Assembly: GCA_964016885.1 (NCBI GenBank)
Contig: OZ024742.1
Location: 196,664,001-196,728,000, forward strand
Direction: 5' to 3'
DNA length: 64,000 nucleotides
DNA from: Eledone cirrhosa
Taxonomy: Eukaryota
The notes beneath the pieces were generated by a model. The model was given only the letters and a program-made list of their open reading frames with translations, was not told where the DNA came from and did not search any database. Below, piece after piece: positions 1 through 12,335 of the stretch; within the stretch, counting starts at the first letter, position 1, and each line of letters begins with the position of its first letter. The translations under genes were made by a program, and so were the position numbers.

Positions 1-442
1 TCCAATTACATTTTTTGAGCATCCATAGATTACACTGTCTGCACATTATGAAGTTTGTGCCCACCCTTTTTCAGCATATTGAATAAGACTCTTCCCAGAT
101 AGTATCAGTCCTGTCTTCTTTTCTACTTACTAGATGAGGGTGATGTCTTCTCCCTCTTTCTGTCACACACACACACACACACACACTCTTTAAACAAATG
201 ATGTTCCTTTTCTCTCTATTTATGTATATCTCCTTTGCTTGGCATTCCTCCTCTATATATATAAATGAAGGCAATGTCATAACTTTCTGTCTATCTACCT
301 CTTCTGTCACCTCAGAAACATGGCGTTCCCTTTTCTCACTTGATCTATGTACATATCTCTTGCTTGGTGTTCCAAAGATGTCTGACAATTATATTTACAT
401 GCTCTAAACACTATTAAAAGATTCTTATTTTATTTCTTTCAG

Positions 443-540
443 AAAGCTGGTGATCCTAGTTTTATAAATTTTAGAGATCCTTGTTTTGGCTCTGGAGAAG
501 ATCGAGAAAATAAATATATTTTACAACTTCTTATTGGCTG
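443..540 (+). CDS. NUP214: NUP214 coding exon (first in window; beta-propeller region)
   Basis: tttcag|AAA...GGCTG|gtaag; encodes KAGDPSFINFRDPCFGSGEDRENKYILQLLIGW, which resembles human NUP214 [21 protein letters not shown] (from memory); phase 0 to 2. Confidence 0.88.
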
Positions 541-1430
541 GTAAGTTCTGAATTTCTCAAGTTTTATAAATTGTTAGGATATGATGTGTTTCTGCTGTTA
601 AATCCACAAACATTGTCGAGTTGGACACCATACACCCTCAATCAAAATCTTTCACTTCTATCTTTTACTATCAATGAAAAAAATTCATTTTCTATCAATG
701 TAACCAATTTAGAGAAAATATTTCTTTGTTATTGATAATGACCGAGACCTCTGGCGTTACACAGTAATACAGGAGACCCGATTTCCCACGGGTACAAGCC
801 AAAGCTGAAGCAAATAGACAGTACCTCCCATGCCCCTCCCACTGTAACAAAACTCACCAAGTCCACACTGTAAATGAGGTTGGTGTTAGGAAGGGCATCC
901 AGCTGTAGAAATCAAGCCAAAATCAGTTCCGTATGAGCAAGACATGGTCACCTGATCTGGCATTGCCCACAACAGGACAACCCGTCTAACCCATGCTGGC
1001 GTGGAAGAATGGACGTAAAACGGTGATGATGATGATGAATGAGTTCTTAATTACTAATAATAATTGTTTCTATTTTTGGCACAAAAGGCAGCAATATGAA
1101 AGGAAGGGGAAAGTCGATTAAATCGACCCCCGTGTCTTACTGGTGATTTATTTTATCGACCCTGTAAGGATGAAAGGCAAAGCTGACTTCGATGGGATTT
1201 GAACTCAGAGCATAAATGGCTGTAACTATATACCACAAAGCATGTTGTCCAACACCTTACCTTACAGTAGGGTGTAATTTCAGAGGCGTATGAAGGTGGG
1301 CTAAAAAGTTCATAGGCTGACTATGAAGGAAAGATGTTAGAGCTGTGAAATCTTCCATTCATTAATTTCAACAATTTTCTTTTATTCTGTTTTAAAGTAC
1401 ACCATGTACATACACACAATCTCTCTCTCA

Positions 1431-1461
<31 letters not shown>

Positions 1462-1464
<3 letters not shown>

Positions 1465-2012
1465 TAATAATAATAGATTTGAAGACTAAAATCCAAAGAG
1501 GGCTCGATAAGGATAAATATATATCAAATATATAAGAACCCTAGAGCAAATATTTATTAAAATAACAGATTAAAGTTTAAGCAAAGAATCGCTGCTTTCA
1601 CCCTTAACGGGATCTTCTGAAGCTAAAAAAATTCAATCTGTGAACGCAGAAGTAAATATTTCGAAAAACGTTGCAACCGAAGGAAAACTCTGAAGCCGAG
1701 AATCATTCGGTTTCCTAAATAGAATATTAGTCTGCGACTTCATTTATACCATAAACGTGGTTTTGTCTTTGCGTGTAATTGTTCTCATCGCTCCACATCA
1801 TGACGTATTATCTTCGCTTTTTTTCCGTTCATTGTGAGGGAACGTCTCCACAAACCAATGTATCGTCTTCCTGTTTTCCTTCGGTTGCAACGTTTTTCGA
1901 AATATTTGCTTCTGCGTTCACAGATTGATTTTTTTTTTAGTTTCAGAAGATCCCGCTGAGGGTGAAAGCAGCAATTCTTTGCTTAAACTTTAATCTGTTA
2001 TTTTAATAAATA
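1462..2012. mobile_element. Fold-back element in (TA)n with inverted arms of about 140 bp
   Basis: 1550-1688 is the near-perfect reverse complement of 1873-2012; (TA)n on both sides. Confidence 0.6.
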
Positions 2013-2229
2013 TATATATATATCATCATCTTCATCATTTTACTTCCGCTTTTCCCTGCTTGTAAGGGTGGGATGGGAACTGATTCTGGCTTGATTTCTA
2101 CAGCTGGATGCTTTTCCTAACACCAACCTCATTTACAGTGAGTGCTGGGTGCTTTTTTGCCATGACACCTCCATGACCACTTTGCAGTGGAATGATATGG
2201 ACCCCAGTACCTATCATCTCATTTCTACA

Positions 2230-2996
2230 TATATACATACATCATGGCTGCCCCCCTCGTTATCGAGTATGGGGCCATTGCACGATATAACGCGGTGGAT
2301 TGGCAGTATTGGTAGAGGGTCGAACGCCATGCTTTCCAGCATAGTTAAATCCCTTTACGGTCTGAGTTCAAATCCCGCTGAGGTGAACTTTGCCTTTCAT
2401 CCTTACGGGGTCGATAAAATAAAGTACCAGTAATGTATTGGGTAATTTATGGCCTTGTGCCAAAAGTAGAAATCAATTAATGCTATCGTGCAATGCCTGT
2501 GCGTGAAGATTTTTTTTTTTAAAGTGAGGAAAGACTGTGCACTGAGCCAATCCCACTCTCTGAGCAACAGTAGCTATAACCCGAAAAGAAAAGATCATCA
2601 TCGGTAACTATTGAACCGCAAGTTTTATGTCGGAGTTATCCCAGTTTCCTGAGTTGCCTTCTCCTAAAGAATACCCTGACAAAGGTTAGGTGTCCTTCAC
2701 TCCCAGTGGTTTAACTATGCGATCCGGTATCCAGCCCGATTATTTATGTCCCTGCGCATATACATACACATGCATTCATGTATATACATATATACACATT
2801 TTTGGATGGCCGTTGACTCTTATGAGTTCTGCCCTTTGTCAGGTTTTGTTTTTTGTCCTGCAGGGTGTCCAAAATCACTCTCCTCACTAAGTCAACTCGG
2901 TGGGGTTGACGGTTTAGTTGCCGACAACCCGACCATGCGACAGGTTGTACTGGATCACGTTACCAGTAGCACTCAGGAGTGACCCTACATACATAC
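2230..2996 (-). mobile_element. Putative internally deleted RTE derivative (5' UTR-like part plus 3' end), interrupted by a SINE
   Basis: RTE 3'-terminal motif at 2240-2287; GC-richer structured segment 2480-2985 with an AGGAGAAGGCAACTC motif; (TACA)n-like sequence at both ends. Confidence 0.4.
2290..2476 (+). mobile_element. tRNA-derived SINE (representative copy)
   Basis: A-box-like TGGCAGTATTGG, B-box GAGTTCAAATCC and core ACTTTGCCTTTCATCCTTACGGGGTCGATAAAATAAAGTACCAG. Further copies at about 1070-1255(-), 6390-6605, 6970-7250(-), 10895-11210, 15205-15425, 21035-21230, 28340-28620, 30870-31160(-), 33050-33160, 56670-56820, 56965-57170(-). Confidence 0.8.
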
Positions 2997-3487
2997 AAGG
3001 GTTGTCTGAAAAGTTCATAGGCTGACTATGAAGGAGTGATGTTAAAGCTGTGAAATCTTGCATGCATTAATTTCAACTCTTATCAATAACTGCAATATTT
3101 CTTTTCAGAGACTGTTGAAAAATAAACCTCATTTGGTCATTCCAAGAGAGTATCTTGGTTAGTCTGTTCAGCTGACCCTCATATTTAGCTGCTATTTCTA
3201 TGTATAGGTTCCATTTTATTCTCCACCCATGTCTGTTTTGATAAAGTAAGTGCAAACCATGTGTTGATGGGTTCACTGAATCAGGGATGTGTAGGAAACA
3301 CAATGAGATGAGAGAAGCACTTCTTTCCATGCTGCTATCAATGTTTGTTGGAATAGATTATGAGTGTTAATCATTTATACAGGTTTCTAATCAAGAGTTA
3401 AGTCAGTGAGACTCTCGCAATTTTGAGTGGTTTTATTTATATTTTTATTATTCATGTTATTACTGTTTTACTTTTTCTTTTCACAAG

Positions 3488-3557
3488 GGACATGGTTGTT
3501 TTGACTTCAAGTAATTCTTTAGAAGCTGCTATCATTGCCAGAAACCTTGATACAGAA
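3488..3557 (+). CDS. NUP214: NUP214 coding exon
   Basis: ag|G GAC ATG...ACA GAA|gtaagt; (W)DMVVLTSSNSLEAAIIARNLDTE resembles WDLVLAASAASTEVSILAR; phase 2 to 0. Confidence 0.88.
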
Positions 3558-3789
3558 GTAAGTGTCTTTTGCTTATTCTTATAAAATTTAATATGTAAAC
3601 ATGACTAAATAGCTAGGTTGTTTAGCTTATGATCGTATAGTTGTGTGTTTGATTCCCGGCGGTATGTTGTGTACTTGAGCAACATACTTTATTTCTTGTT
3701 CTAGTCCACTGAGCTGGTAAAAATGAGTTGCTTCTGTAAATCTCACTGAGAACTATGTTTAGGCTCATGTGTCTGTAGAATGCTCAGCC

Positions 3790-5105
3790 ATCATCATCAT
3801 CATCATCATCAGGTTTAGCGTCCGTGTTCCACGCTTGCATGGGTTTGGACGGGGGTTTTCCCACTTGAGGCAAGAGTGGTTGTCTTGCTCGCATAGGACT
3901 GTTTGGCGGGTTTTCTACAGTTGGATGCCCTTCCTAACACCAACCACATTTACAGTGTGGGGCTGGGAGGTTTTTACCGTGTTGCCTACACGGCCACATT
4001 ACAGCGTGGACTGTCTGGCGGGTTTTCTACAGCTGGATGCCCTTCCTAACACCAACCACATTTACAGTGTGGGGCTGGGAGGTTTTTACCGTGTTGCCTA
4101 CACGGCCACATTTACAGCGTGGACTGTGTGTTTTTTTGTCGTGACACCTACACGATCTCATTTGTTTCAGCCTGGATGTTGTGGGACCAACATAGCTGTA
4201 CATTGAAAGGGGCGGTGTGGATGGGGTGGAGGTGGTGGGACGGGGGGGTGTTTTGATAGAGATGCCTACTGACTGTAGTAGGTTTTTACTTTGTATTTAG
4301 GTAAGGCGGGTCTTCTCTATTACTGAGTACCGCCAAAGGTCTCGGTCCAGTGACATTGTCTTGGAGAGGTGTAAGCGTGTGAGGTCGGAATTTATCAGCT
4401 CGTCCCATGTTTTTCTGGGTCTGCCTACTCCGTGGCTACCGTCTATCTTTATTGCCCTGCACTTTGTTATACAGCTGTCGTCTTTCATGCGCATCACGTG
4501 ACCGTACCAACGTAGCCTTCTCTCGAGTAAACAACATCTGATCCCTCTTATTTCTAATTTTTTCCTTAGTTCGTTTATGCTTTGCTGTTCACGTATATTA
4601 CTATTGCACATCCAGCGGAGCATGCAAGCTTCGTTCCTCTCTAGTCTGCGTATATCCTCTGCACACAATGCCCAGGTCTCACTGCCATGCAGCATTGCTG
4701 TTCGTATGCAGGCATCGTATAACCTGCCTTTCATTTTTAGGGAGAACCCTCTAGCGGCTAATAGTGGTATAAGCTCTCTGAACTTTTTCCATCCAGTTCT
4801 GACTCTAGCTACTGTACTTTCAGAGCACCCTCCCCCACTGCTGATTTTGTCACCCAGGTAACGGAAGCTGTCCACTATTTCTATAGAACCCTCTGCGCAG
4901 TTGAAGGAGCTAGTATTTTGTGGGCACTTGCTGCTACTTATTGCACCAGAGCACCGGCCACATGTAAAATCTATGTTCTTAGTTAGCTTACCTGTGATCC
5001 CACTACATCTTTTATGCACCCATACTTTGCATTTGGGACATAAAATGGAGTTTCTACCTACGCCTTTCCTACACACTGAGCATGGCCATTTCCCAGATGC
5101 CATGT
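3790..5105 (-). mobile_element. 5'-truncated RTE-like LINE (PHD finger in RT), inserted in a SINE
   Basis: ORF 4297..5184 has KWPCSVC..C..C..WVHKRC..C..C, FRYLG, LRWYGHVMRM, GRPRKTW; (GAT)n tail at 3790-3810; host repeat continues on both sides with GCCAT duplicated. Confidence 0.85.
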
Positions 5106-5309
5106 ACATGTTAATTTCATAAGCAGGCTGTCCATTGGTCAAACAGGAACACTGGTCGTCGAAACTAATGACGGTCCATTCCACCTTCCAGTACTATGAA
5201 AAGCAGTCAATGTTGTTTAATGCCCAAGTCAGCTTTCATTGAGCTAAACCTATGATGAAAGGCAGTTCAAGTTATGCTTAATCCATTGTTGTATGACTAT
5301 ATTTAAGTG

Positions 5310-5515
5310 AGTATTGGGTGCTTTTTTTGCCTTGACACCTACATGACCACTTTACAGTGTGGGCTGGGTGCTTTTTGCCTTGACACCTACACGATCACTT
5401 TACAGTGTGTATTGGGGGCTTTTTGCCAAGACACCTACACGATCACTTTACAGTGTGGGCTGGGGGCCTTTTGCCATGACACCTACATGATCACTTTACA
5501 GTGTGGGCTGGGGTC
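5310..5515. repeat. 45-bp tandem repeat derived from the LINE 3' UTR module
   Basis: About 4.5 copies of CACTTTACAGTGTGGGCTGGGTGCTTTTTGCC..GACACCTACA; same unit at 14500-14620 and 43870-43970. Confidence 0.8.
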
Positions 5516-6122
5516 TTGGGTGGGTGGGTCGATTAGGGAGTTAGATCTAGGGGCATGTTCAGATATGGGTGGAGTGTAAGGACATGGGAGGTGTAAGAGG
5601 GTGAGGGAGGGTTGTTAGGTTGTGGAGGTGTATGGAAGGAGGAGAGGGAAAGTAATGTGTACAAGATGTATGCTTCAACCCGTGCTCATCTCCATGACAA
5701 GTTTGTATCACAGTACCAGTGTTATCATCATCATCATTGTCACTATTTTGCATATATTTTCCATACTTGCATTGGATTAGACAGGTTCTCACATTCTGAG
5801 AAAAACACCACCACTACTACATTACAGAGTGTATTGGGTGCTATTTATTGTGGCGCCAGCTTGTAAATTCCAGTGCGGAAAATTATTATTGCCATTGTAG
5901 TTGTACAAGGTGAGATTTCTGCATGAATTTAAAACTTTACTTCAGTAAACTTTGATGATAAACCAAGGGTAAGCTATATGCTAGGATTGATACTGTCAAG
6001 TATACTCCTCCCTTATAAATTTGTGGAGGCTCTGCCAGTATATAAAACCATTGTTTTTAGAAATTAAAATCAGTTATTTTTGTCTGAAAGTATATTTAAC
6101 TTCTTGTCTTATCTTTTTCTAG

Positions 6123-6249
6123 AAAGCTTGGGATCATTGGATGCTTGAAGACAGTGCACGTGCTGAAGTGCCTTTAACAGCAAACAAATGTGATAGTTTC
6201 CCTGTAGGACTCGCAATCGACTATTCAAATCAAAAACGGATAATCATTA
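6123..6249 (+). CDS. NUP214: NUP214 coding exon
   Basis: ttctag|AAA...ATT A|gtaagt; KAWDHWMLEDSARAEVPLTANKCDSFPVGLAIDYSNQ resembles WESWLLEDSSRAELP...PMGVVVDYTNQ; phase 0 to 1. Confidence 0.92.
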
Positions 6250-7274
6250 GTAAGTTGATTGGTTATTAGAATTTATAAAGGTTGCTATTGATGAATTTAT
6301 CACACACAGGCTGAGATAGCTGTGACATGATCACACCATAAATTGTTCATAAGACTTTTATGTGTTGATTATACATAAACATATGGGCATAGATTGGCAG
6401 TATCGGTCGAGTGTCAGACAACATGCTTTGCGGCATACAGTTACATTCATTTATGTTCTAAGTTCAAATCCCACTATGATTAGCTTTGCTTTTCATCCTT
6501 ATGTGGTTGATAAAATAAAAATAAAGCACCAATAACAAACTAGGGTCGGTTTAATCAACTTTCCCCTCTCCCAAAATTGTTGGCAGTGTCTAAATCAGAA
6601 ACCATTGTACATAAACATATGACTTCATATATACCCCTATTATGAACCCTACTATGTGAGTGCTATTGCTAATTAATCTTAGCTGGTCAAGTACACACTA
6701 TACGAATAAGCATCTCTAGCCAATGTTTCATACACAAAAAAGCATATAAACTATAAGCTTATTCTTGAGTCAGTACGGAGTGAATAAATGTCACAGATGA
6801 CAGACAAAAATACAGAAATACATCTGGCATTCTCATACGGCTGCTGAGATAGCTGTGACACGATCACAGCTTAAAATATTCATAACAAGACTCTTGTATT
6901 TTATTATACATAAGCATATTGTATATGTCTTCACATACACCTTTTATGAACCATGATTTTTTTTTAAACAACCGTAACTACTGATAGATGCGTAGGGGCG
7001 CCGTATTGACATGCAGTGTTTCTTGGGCATTTTAAGCCTGATGGAACCCATCGCTCTCCAGGCCTGAGTACAGCAGATTTTTTCCAGAGAGGAAGAATCA
7101 ACCCCAGTACTAGACTGGTACTTTTTTTTTTATTGAACTTGAAAGGATGAAAGGCAAAGTTGACCTCGGTAGGATTTGAACTCAGAGAGCTGGAATGAAT
7201 ACCACAAAACATTCTATCTGACATTCTAATGACTCTGCCAATTCACTGCCTATATGATATAGTAGTGGTACATG

Positions 7275-7315
<41 letters not shown>

Positions 7316-7379
7316 GCATGTATAACCGTGTCCAACTCGTGCCAGCATAGAAAAATAGATGTAAATTTATAAGACATCT

Positions 7380-8200
7380 ACATACATACATACATGATGA
7401 TGGCTGCCCCCTCGTTATCGAGTATGGCCATTGCACGAGAAGAAAAAAAAAAAAATAATAATAATAATAAATAAAAAAAATAAAAAAAAAGAAATATATA
7501 TATATATATATATATATACATACATACATACATATATACATACACACATACATACTCATACACACACACATACATTAATAATAATAATAATAATAATGAC
7601 AACAACAATAATAATATACATATTCATATATATATACACACACACGCACGCACATAAGCATATCTACACACACACACACACGATAGCAACTAACAGTGCT
7701 GCGATCGAATGTGGCTTTTTAGCCCAGCCAATGATCTAAAATGTCTTGCACAGAGTCGGCAACCAAAACATTCACTGGGAATAGTCGGCTGTGGTTGGAG
7801 TTCATGTACTTTTGCATGTCGCTTGAGCCCTCCTGCTGATTTACATTCTCTACCACATGCTTGGCAAGCATGATGAGTAGCATCTCCAACAGCAGCCTGG
7901 TAGCCAACCACTGGTCTTACTTTATGACTGCGAAGATGACTTTCGAGTCCAGCTTTGCTTAGGCAGAGTCTCGCACAGACGCTGCATGTCAGCACCATAG
8001 GAGGACCCTCGCCGTCTGGAAGTGCAACAGCAATGCCCTTCCTCACATCCCGCTTTACTTTCTTGTGTGCGATTCGAGATGCCTCAAAGGCAACTTTTCC
8101 CTCATATACAGTCTTTCTCCATTTATTACGATCAGCAGCAACATTTTCCCATGTATCAGCAGAGATGTTAGCGTCTTTCAGAGAGGCTTTCAAGGAATCC
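7380..8200 (-). mobile_element. Second, shorter copy of the same RTE-ZnF LINE
   Basis: 7686-8200 matches 8660-9174 with about a dozen substitutions; same 3' UTR and tail. Confidence 0.9.
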
Positions 8201-8303
8201 ATACATACATGATGGCTGCCCCCTCGTTATCGAGTATGGCCATTGCACAATAAAAAAAAAAAAAAAAAAATAAAAAAAAAAATAAATAAATAAATAAAAA
8301 AAA

Positions 8304-8342
<39 letters not shown>

Positions 8343-8363
8343 AAAAAAAAAAAAAGGGAAAAG

Positions 8364-8394
<31 letters not shown>

Positions 8395-8617
8395 TATACA
8401 TACATATATATATACACATATATATACACACACACATACATACACATACATACATATATACACACACACATACATACACATACACTCACACATATATACA
8501 CACATACATTAATAACAATAATAATAATAATAATAATAGCAATAATAATAATAACGACAACAACAATAATAATATACATATTCATATATATATACACACA
8601 CACGCACGCACATAAGC

Positions 8618-8655
<38 letters not shown>

Positions 8656-10276
8656 GATAGCAACTAACAGTGCTGCGATCGAATGTGGCTTTTTAGCCCA
8701 GCCAATGATCTAAAATGTCTTGCACAGAGTCGGCAACCAAAACATTTACTGGGAATAGTCGGCTGTGGTTGGAGTTCGTGTACTTTTGCATGTCGCTTGA
8801 GTCCTCCTGCTGATTTACATTCTCTACCACATGTTTGGCAAGCATGATGAGTAGCATCTCCAACAGCAGCCTGGTAGTCAACCACTGGTCTTACTTTATG
8901 ACTGCGAAGATGACTTTCGAGTCCAGCTTTGCTTAGGCAGAGTCTCGCACAGACGCTGCATGTCAGAAACATAGGAGGACCCTCGCCGTCTGGAAGTGCA
9001 ACAGCAATACCCTTCCTCACGTCCCGCTTTACTTTCTCGTGTGCGATTCGAGATGCCTCAAAGGCAACTTTTCCCTCATATACAGTCTTTCTCCATTTAT
9101 TACGATCAGCAGCAATATTTTCCCATGTATCAGCAGAGATGTTAGCGTCTTTCAGAGAGGCCTTCAAGGAATCCTTATACCTCTTTTTTGGTTTATGTGG
9201 CGGTCGTTTTCCTTTAACCAACTCTCCATAGAAGAATTGTTTTGGTATTCTAGAATCCTTCATCCTGGCAAGGTGACCACTCCAACGGAGTCGCTGCTTA
9301 AGCACAAGAGCTTCTATACTGTCACACATAGAGCTTTCCAAAATCTCGACATCACTGATGTGGTCCCTCCAGCGAACGCCATGTATCCGTCTGAGACACA
9401 TCTGATGGAAACGCTCCAATTGCTTAAGGTGGCGTCGATATGTGACCCAGGTCTCGCAGGCATAAAGAAGACAAGAGAGTACACATGCCCTGTACACCCT
9501 TACCTTTGTCCTCCTGCATATGTCTCGCCGACCCCAGAGTCGCCTTTCTAGCTTTCCGAAAGCATCACTTGCTTTCCTAATCCTAAGTGAGATCTCACTG
9601 TCAAGGTTGCCGTATCGATTGACAGTGCTTCCCAGGTAGACAAACTGATCAACCACTCCAAGTCGTTTGCCATACACATAGATGTTTGGTTCAGTGTACT
9701 GCCTACCAGGTGCAGGTTGGTACATGACGACGGTTTTCTTGAGACTGACAGTCAAACCCAGGGCAGTGCAAGCGTCAGAAAATACATTCAAAATGTGCTG
9801 CATATCACTCTCTGTGTGCGCTACAAGATCGCAATCATCTGCATACAAGAGGTCTCTTATGACTGATGTAAATACCTTTGTCTTCGCAGCAAAGCGCCTG
9901 ATGTTAAATATGCTGCCTGAGGTTCGATATCGGATGTAAACACCATGCTCGCAATTCCTGAATGCAATACAGAAAACCATTGCAAAGTATATGGCAAACA
10001 GGGTCGGTGCTGGAATATCCCCCTGTTTCACTCCATTTTTTACTGAGATAGGCTCCGACATGTTACCTCCGACATTAACCCAAGCCTTCATGTCGTCATG
10101 GAAAGACCTAACTAAAGCAAGGAACTTATCAGGGCAACCAAGTTTCTGGAGAACCTTCCATAATGCATCTCTGTTGACAGTATCGAAAGCCTTTGTCAGA
10201 TCGACAAAAACCTGATACAGATCCAAGCCCTGTTCAATGCACTTCTCCTGGAGCTGTCTAGCTGAGAAGATCATAT
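8201..10276 (-). mobile_element. 5'-truncated RTE-clade LINE with intact 536-codon ORF (RT plus 3 C2H2 fingers)
   Basis: FVDLTKAFDTV, GVKQGD, LLYADD, FVYLGS, LRWSGH, three CxxC-x12-HxxxH-type fingers; 3' end CCATACTCGATAACGAGGGGGCAGCCATCAT followed by (GTAT)n. Confidence 0.92.
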
Positions 10277-10450
10277 CATATCATACATACATACATACAT
10301 GCATACATACATACATACATGCATGATGGCTGCCCCCTCGTTATCGAGTATGGCCATTGCACGAGAAGAAAAAAAAAAATAATATATAAAATAATAATAA
10401 TAATAATAAATAAATAAAAAAATAAAAAAAATACATACATACATACATAC
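10277..10450 (-). mobile_element. Third copy (3' UTR and tail only) of the RTE-ZnF LINE
   Basis: Same 40-nt terminal motif at about 10322-10363 plus (TACA)n tail. Confidence 0.8.
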
Positions 10451-11306
10451 ATTATATGATGATGATGATTATATATATATATATATTGCAATACAAAAGC
10501 ACTGAGTTAGTTTTATATTCCTTATATTATATTTCTATTTTTTTGTAAATTAAATTTTCCTGAAATATATGTATTTTTCAATTATATTTTCTTTAACTAC
10601 TGAAAATAGGCTTTAAAAAAATGAAAACGTTTGTAAAATTAGTAACTGTCAATTAACCATAGAAATATCCAGAAAGCCATAGAAGCATATCAAGTGGATG
10701 TTTTGTGAAAGTTAAAGAGTGTATGAGTGGACAGCTAAGAGCATACAATGTCCTGACTGGTCTTAATATATAACTGAGAATACCAGCTACAACTTTTACA
10801 ATATATAATATACAATTAGAGAATTGACCTGTCTCTATCTTGGTTATATGTATTCTATGACTGGGGAACAAAACTTTGGTTTATTTACAAAAGGCTCATT
10901 AGAGCCATTAGAGTGTCAAATAGAATGCTTTGCAATATTCATTCCAGCTTTCTGCATTCAAAACCCACCCAGGTTAACTTTGCTTCTCATCCTTTCGAGG
11001 TTGATAAAAATAAATTACCTGTCCAGAACTGGGCTTGATTCTTCCTCTCTACCTTTTTCTCTTCTTTCTCATTTCCTCTATATCACACTCTGCTTCTCTG
11101 GAAAGAATCAGTTATGTTCAGACCTGGAGAAGGAGGTTAGCTCTGCCAGGTTTTAAAAAATGCCCATGGTATGCTGTTTGTAATTAGAGCTTTCTTACGA
11201 CTCCACCATGAGTTATTGGTACATCCATAATTGTTTTGAATCCAATATTAATTCATTTTATCAGCAAGTGTATAATCATTTAAAGACATCTAAATGTATT
11301 TTTCAG

Positions 11307-11459
11307 ATGAGGTAGAAATCGGACCATTCCCCTTGATGCTGATGTTGTCTACAGATGGTGTTTTGATTCCATTCTTCATGGTTTACAAACATAAGGGAGC
11401 TGTCAGCTTGATTACTCCAATTGAAGTGCTGAACCCCTCAGGATTGCGGCCTCAAATAC
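11307..11459 (+). CDS. NUP214: NUP214 coding exon (end of beta-propeller)
   Basis: tttcag|AT...ATA C|gtaag; contains PLMLMLSTDGVLIPFFM, the conserved LMLLSTDGVLCPF motif; phase 1 to 1. Confidence 0.93.
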
Positions 11460-11733
11460 GTAAGATCTCATCATCTGCTCTTCTTCCATTTTCTAGAAAA
11501 TAATTTCTGTAGAACTTGTTTTCACTACTACACTAATATAATAAGATATAGTGTTATAACATTAGTATTATAGTAGCACTAAAATGAACTAAACTAATAA
11601 ACACACATTGTCATCTTTATTACTGTAAGAGTAACGAAGTAGAAGTACTTTTATTTCAACTTAACAGTTGGTTTCAAATTCATCTGTATTTTATCATTTT
11701 CCTCTTTCATATTAACTATGTTGTCTTTTTTTC

Positions 11734-12335
<602 letters not shown>

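Noticed and set aside
1290-1385. Mariner-like terminal fragment shared with 2995-3090
   Set aside because: The similarity is real, but no paired TIR or transposase was found, so it cannot be classified
2290-2385. tRNA gene
   Set aside because: A/B boxes belong to a multi-copy SINE head and no intact cloverleaf is evident
5106-5184. N-terminus of the 295-aa ORF as a true start
   Set aside because: It derives from the host SINE beyond the LINE 5' truncation and is in frame by chance
7690-8202. Host C2H2 zinc-finger gene
   Set aside because: It is the 3' end of the RTE ORF, nearly identical to 8664-9174; its ATG comes from the neighbouring (ATGT)n tail
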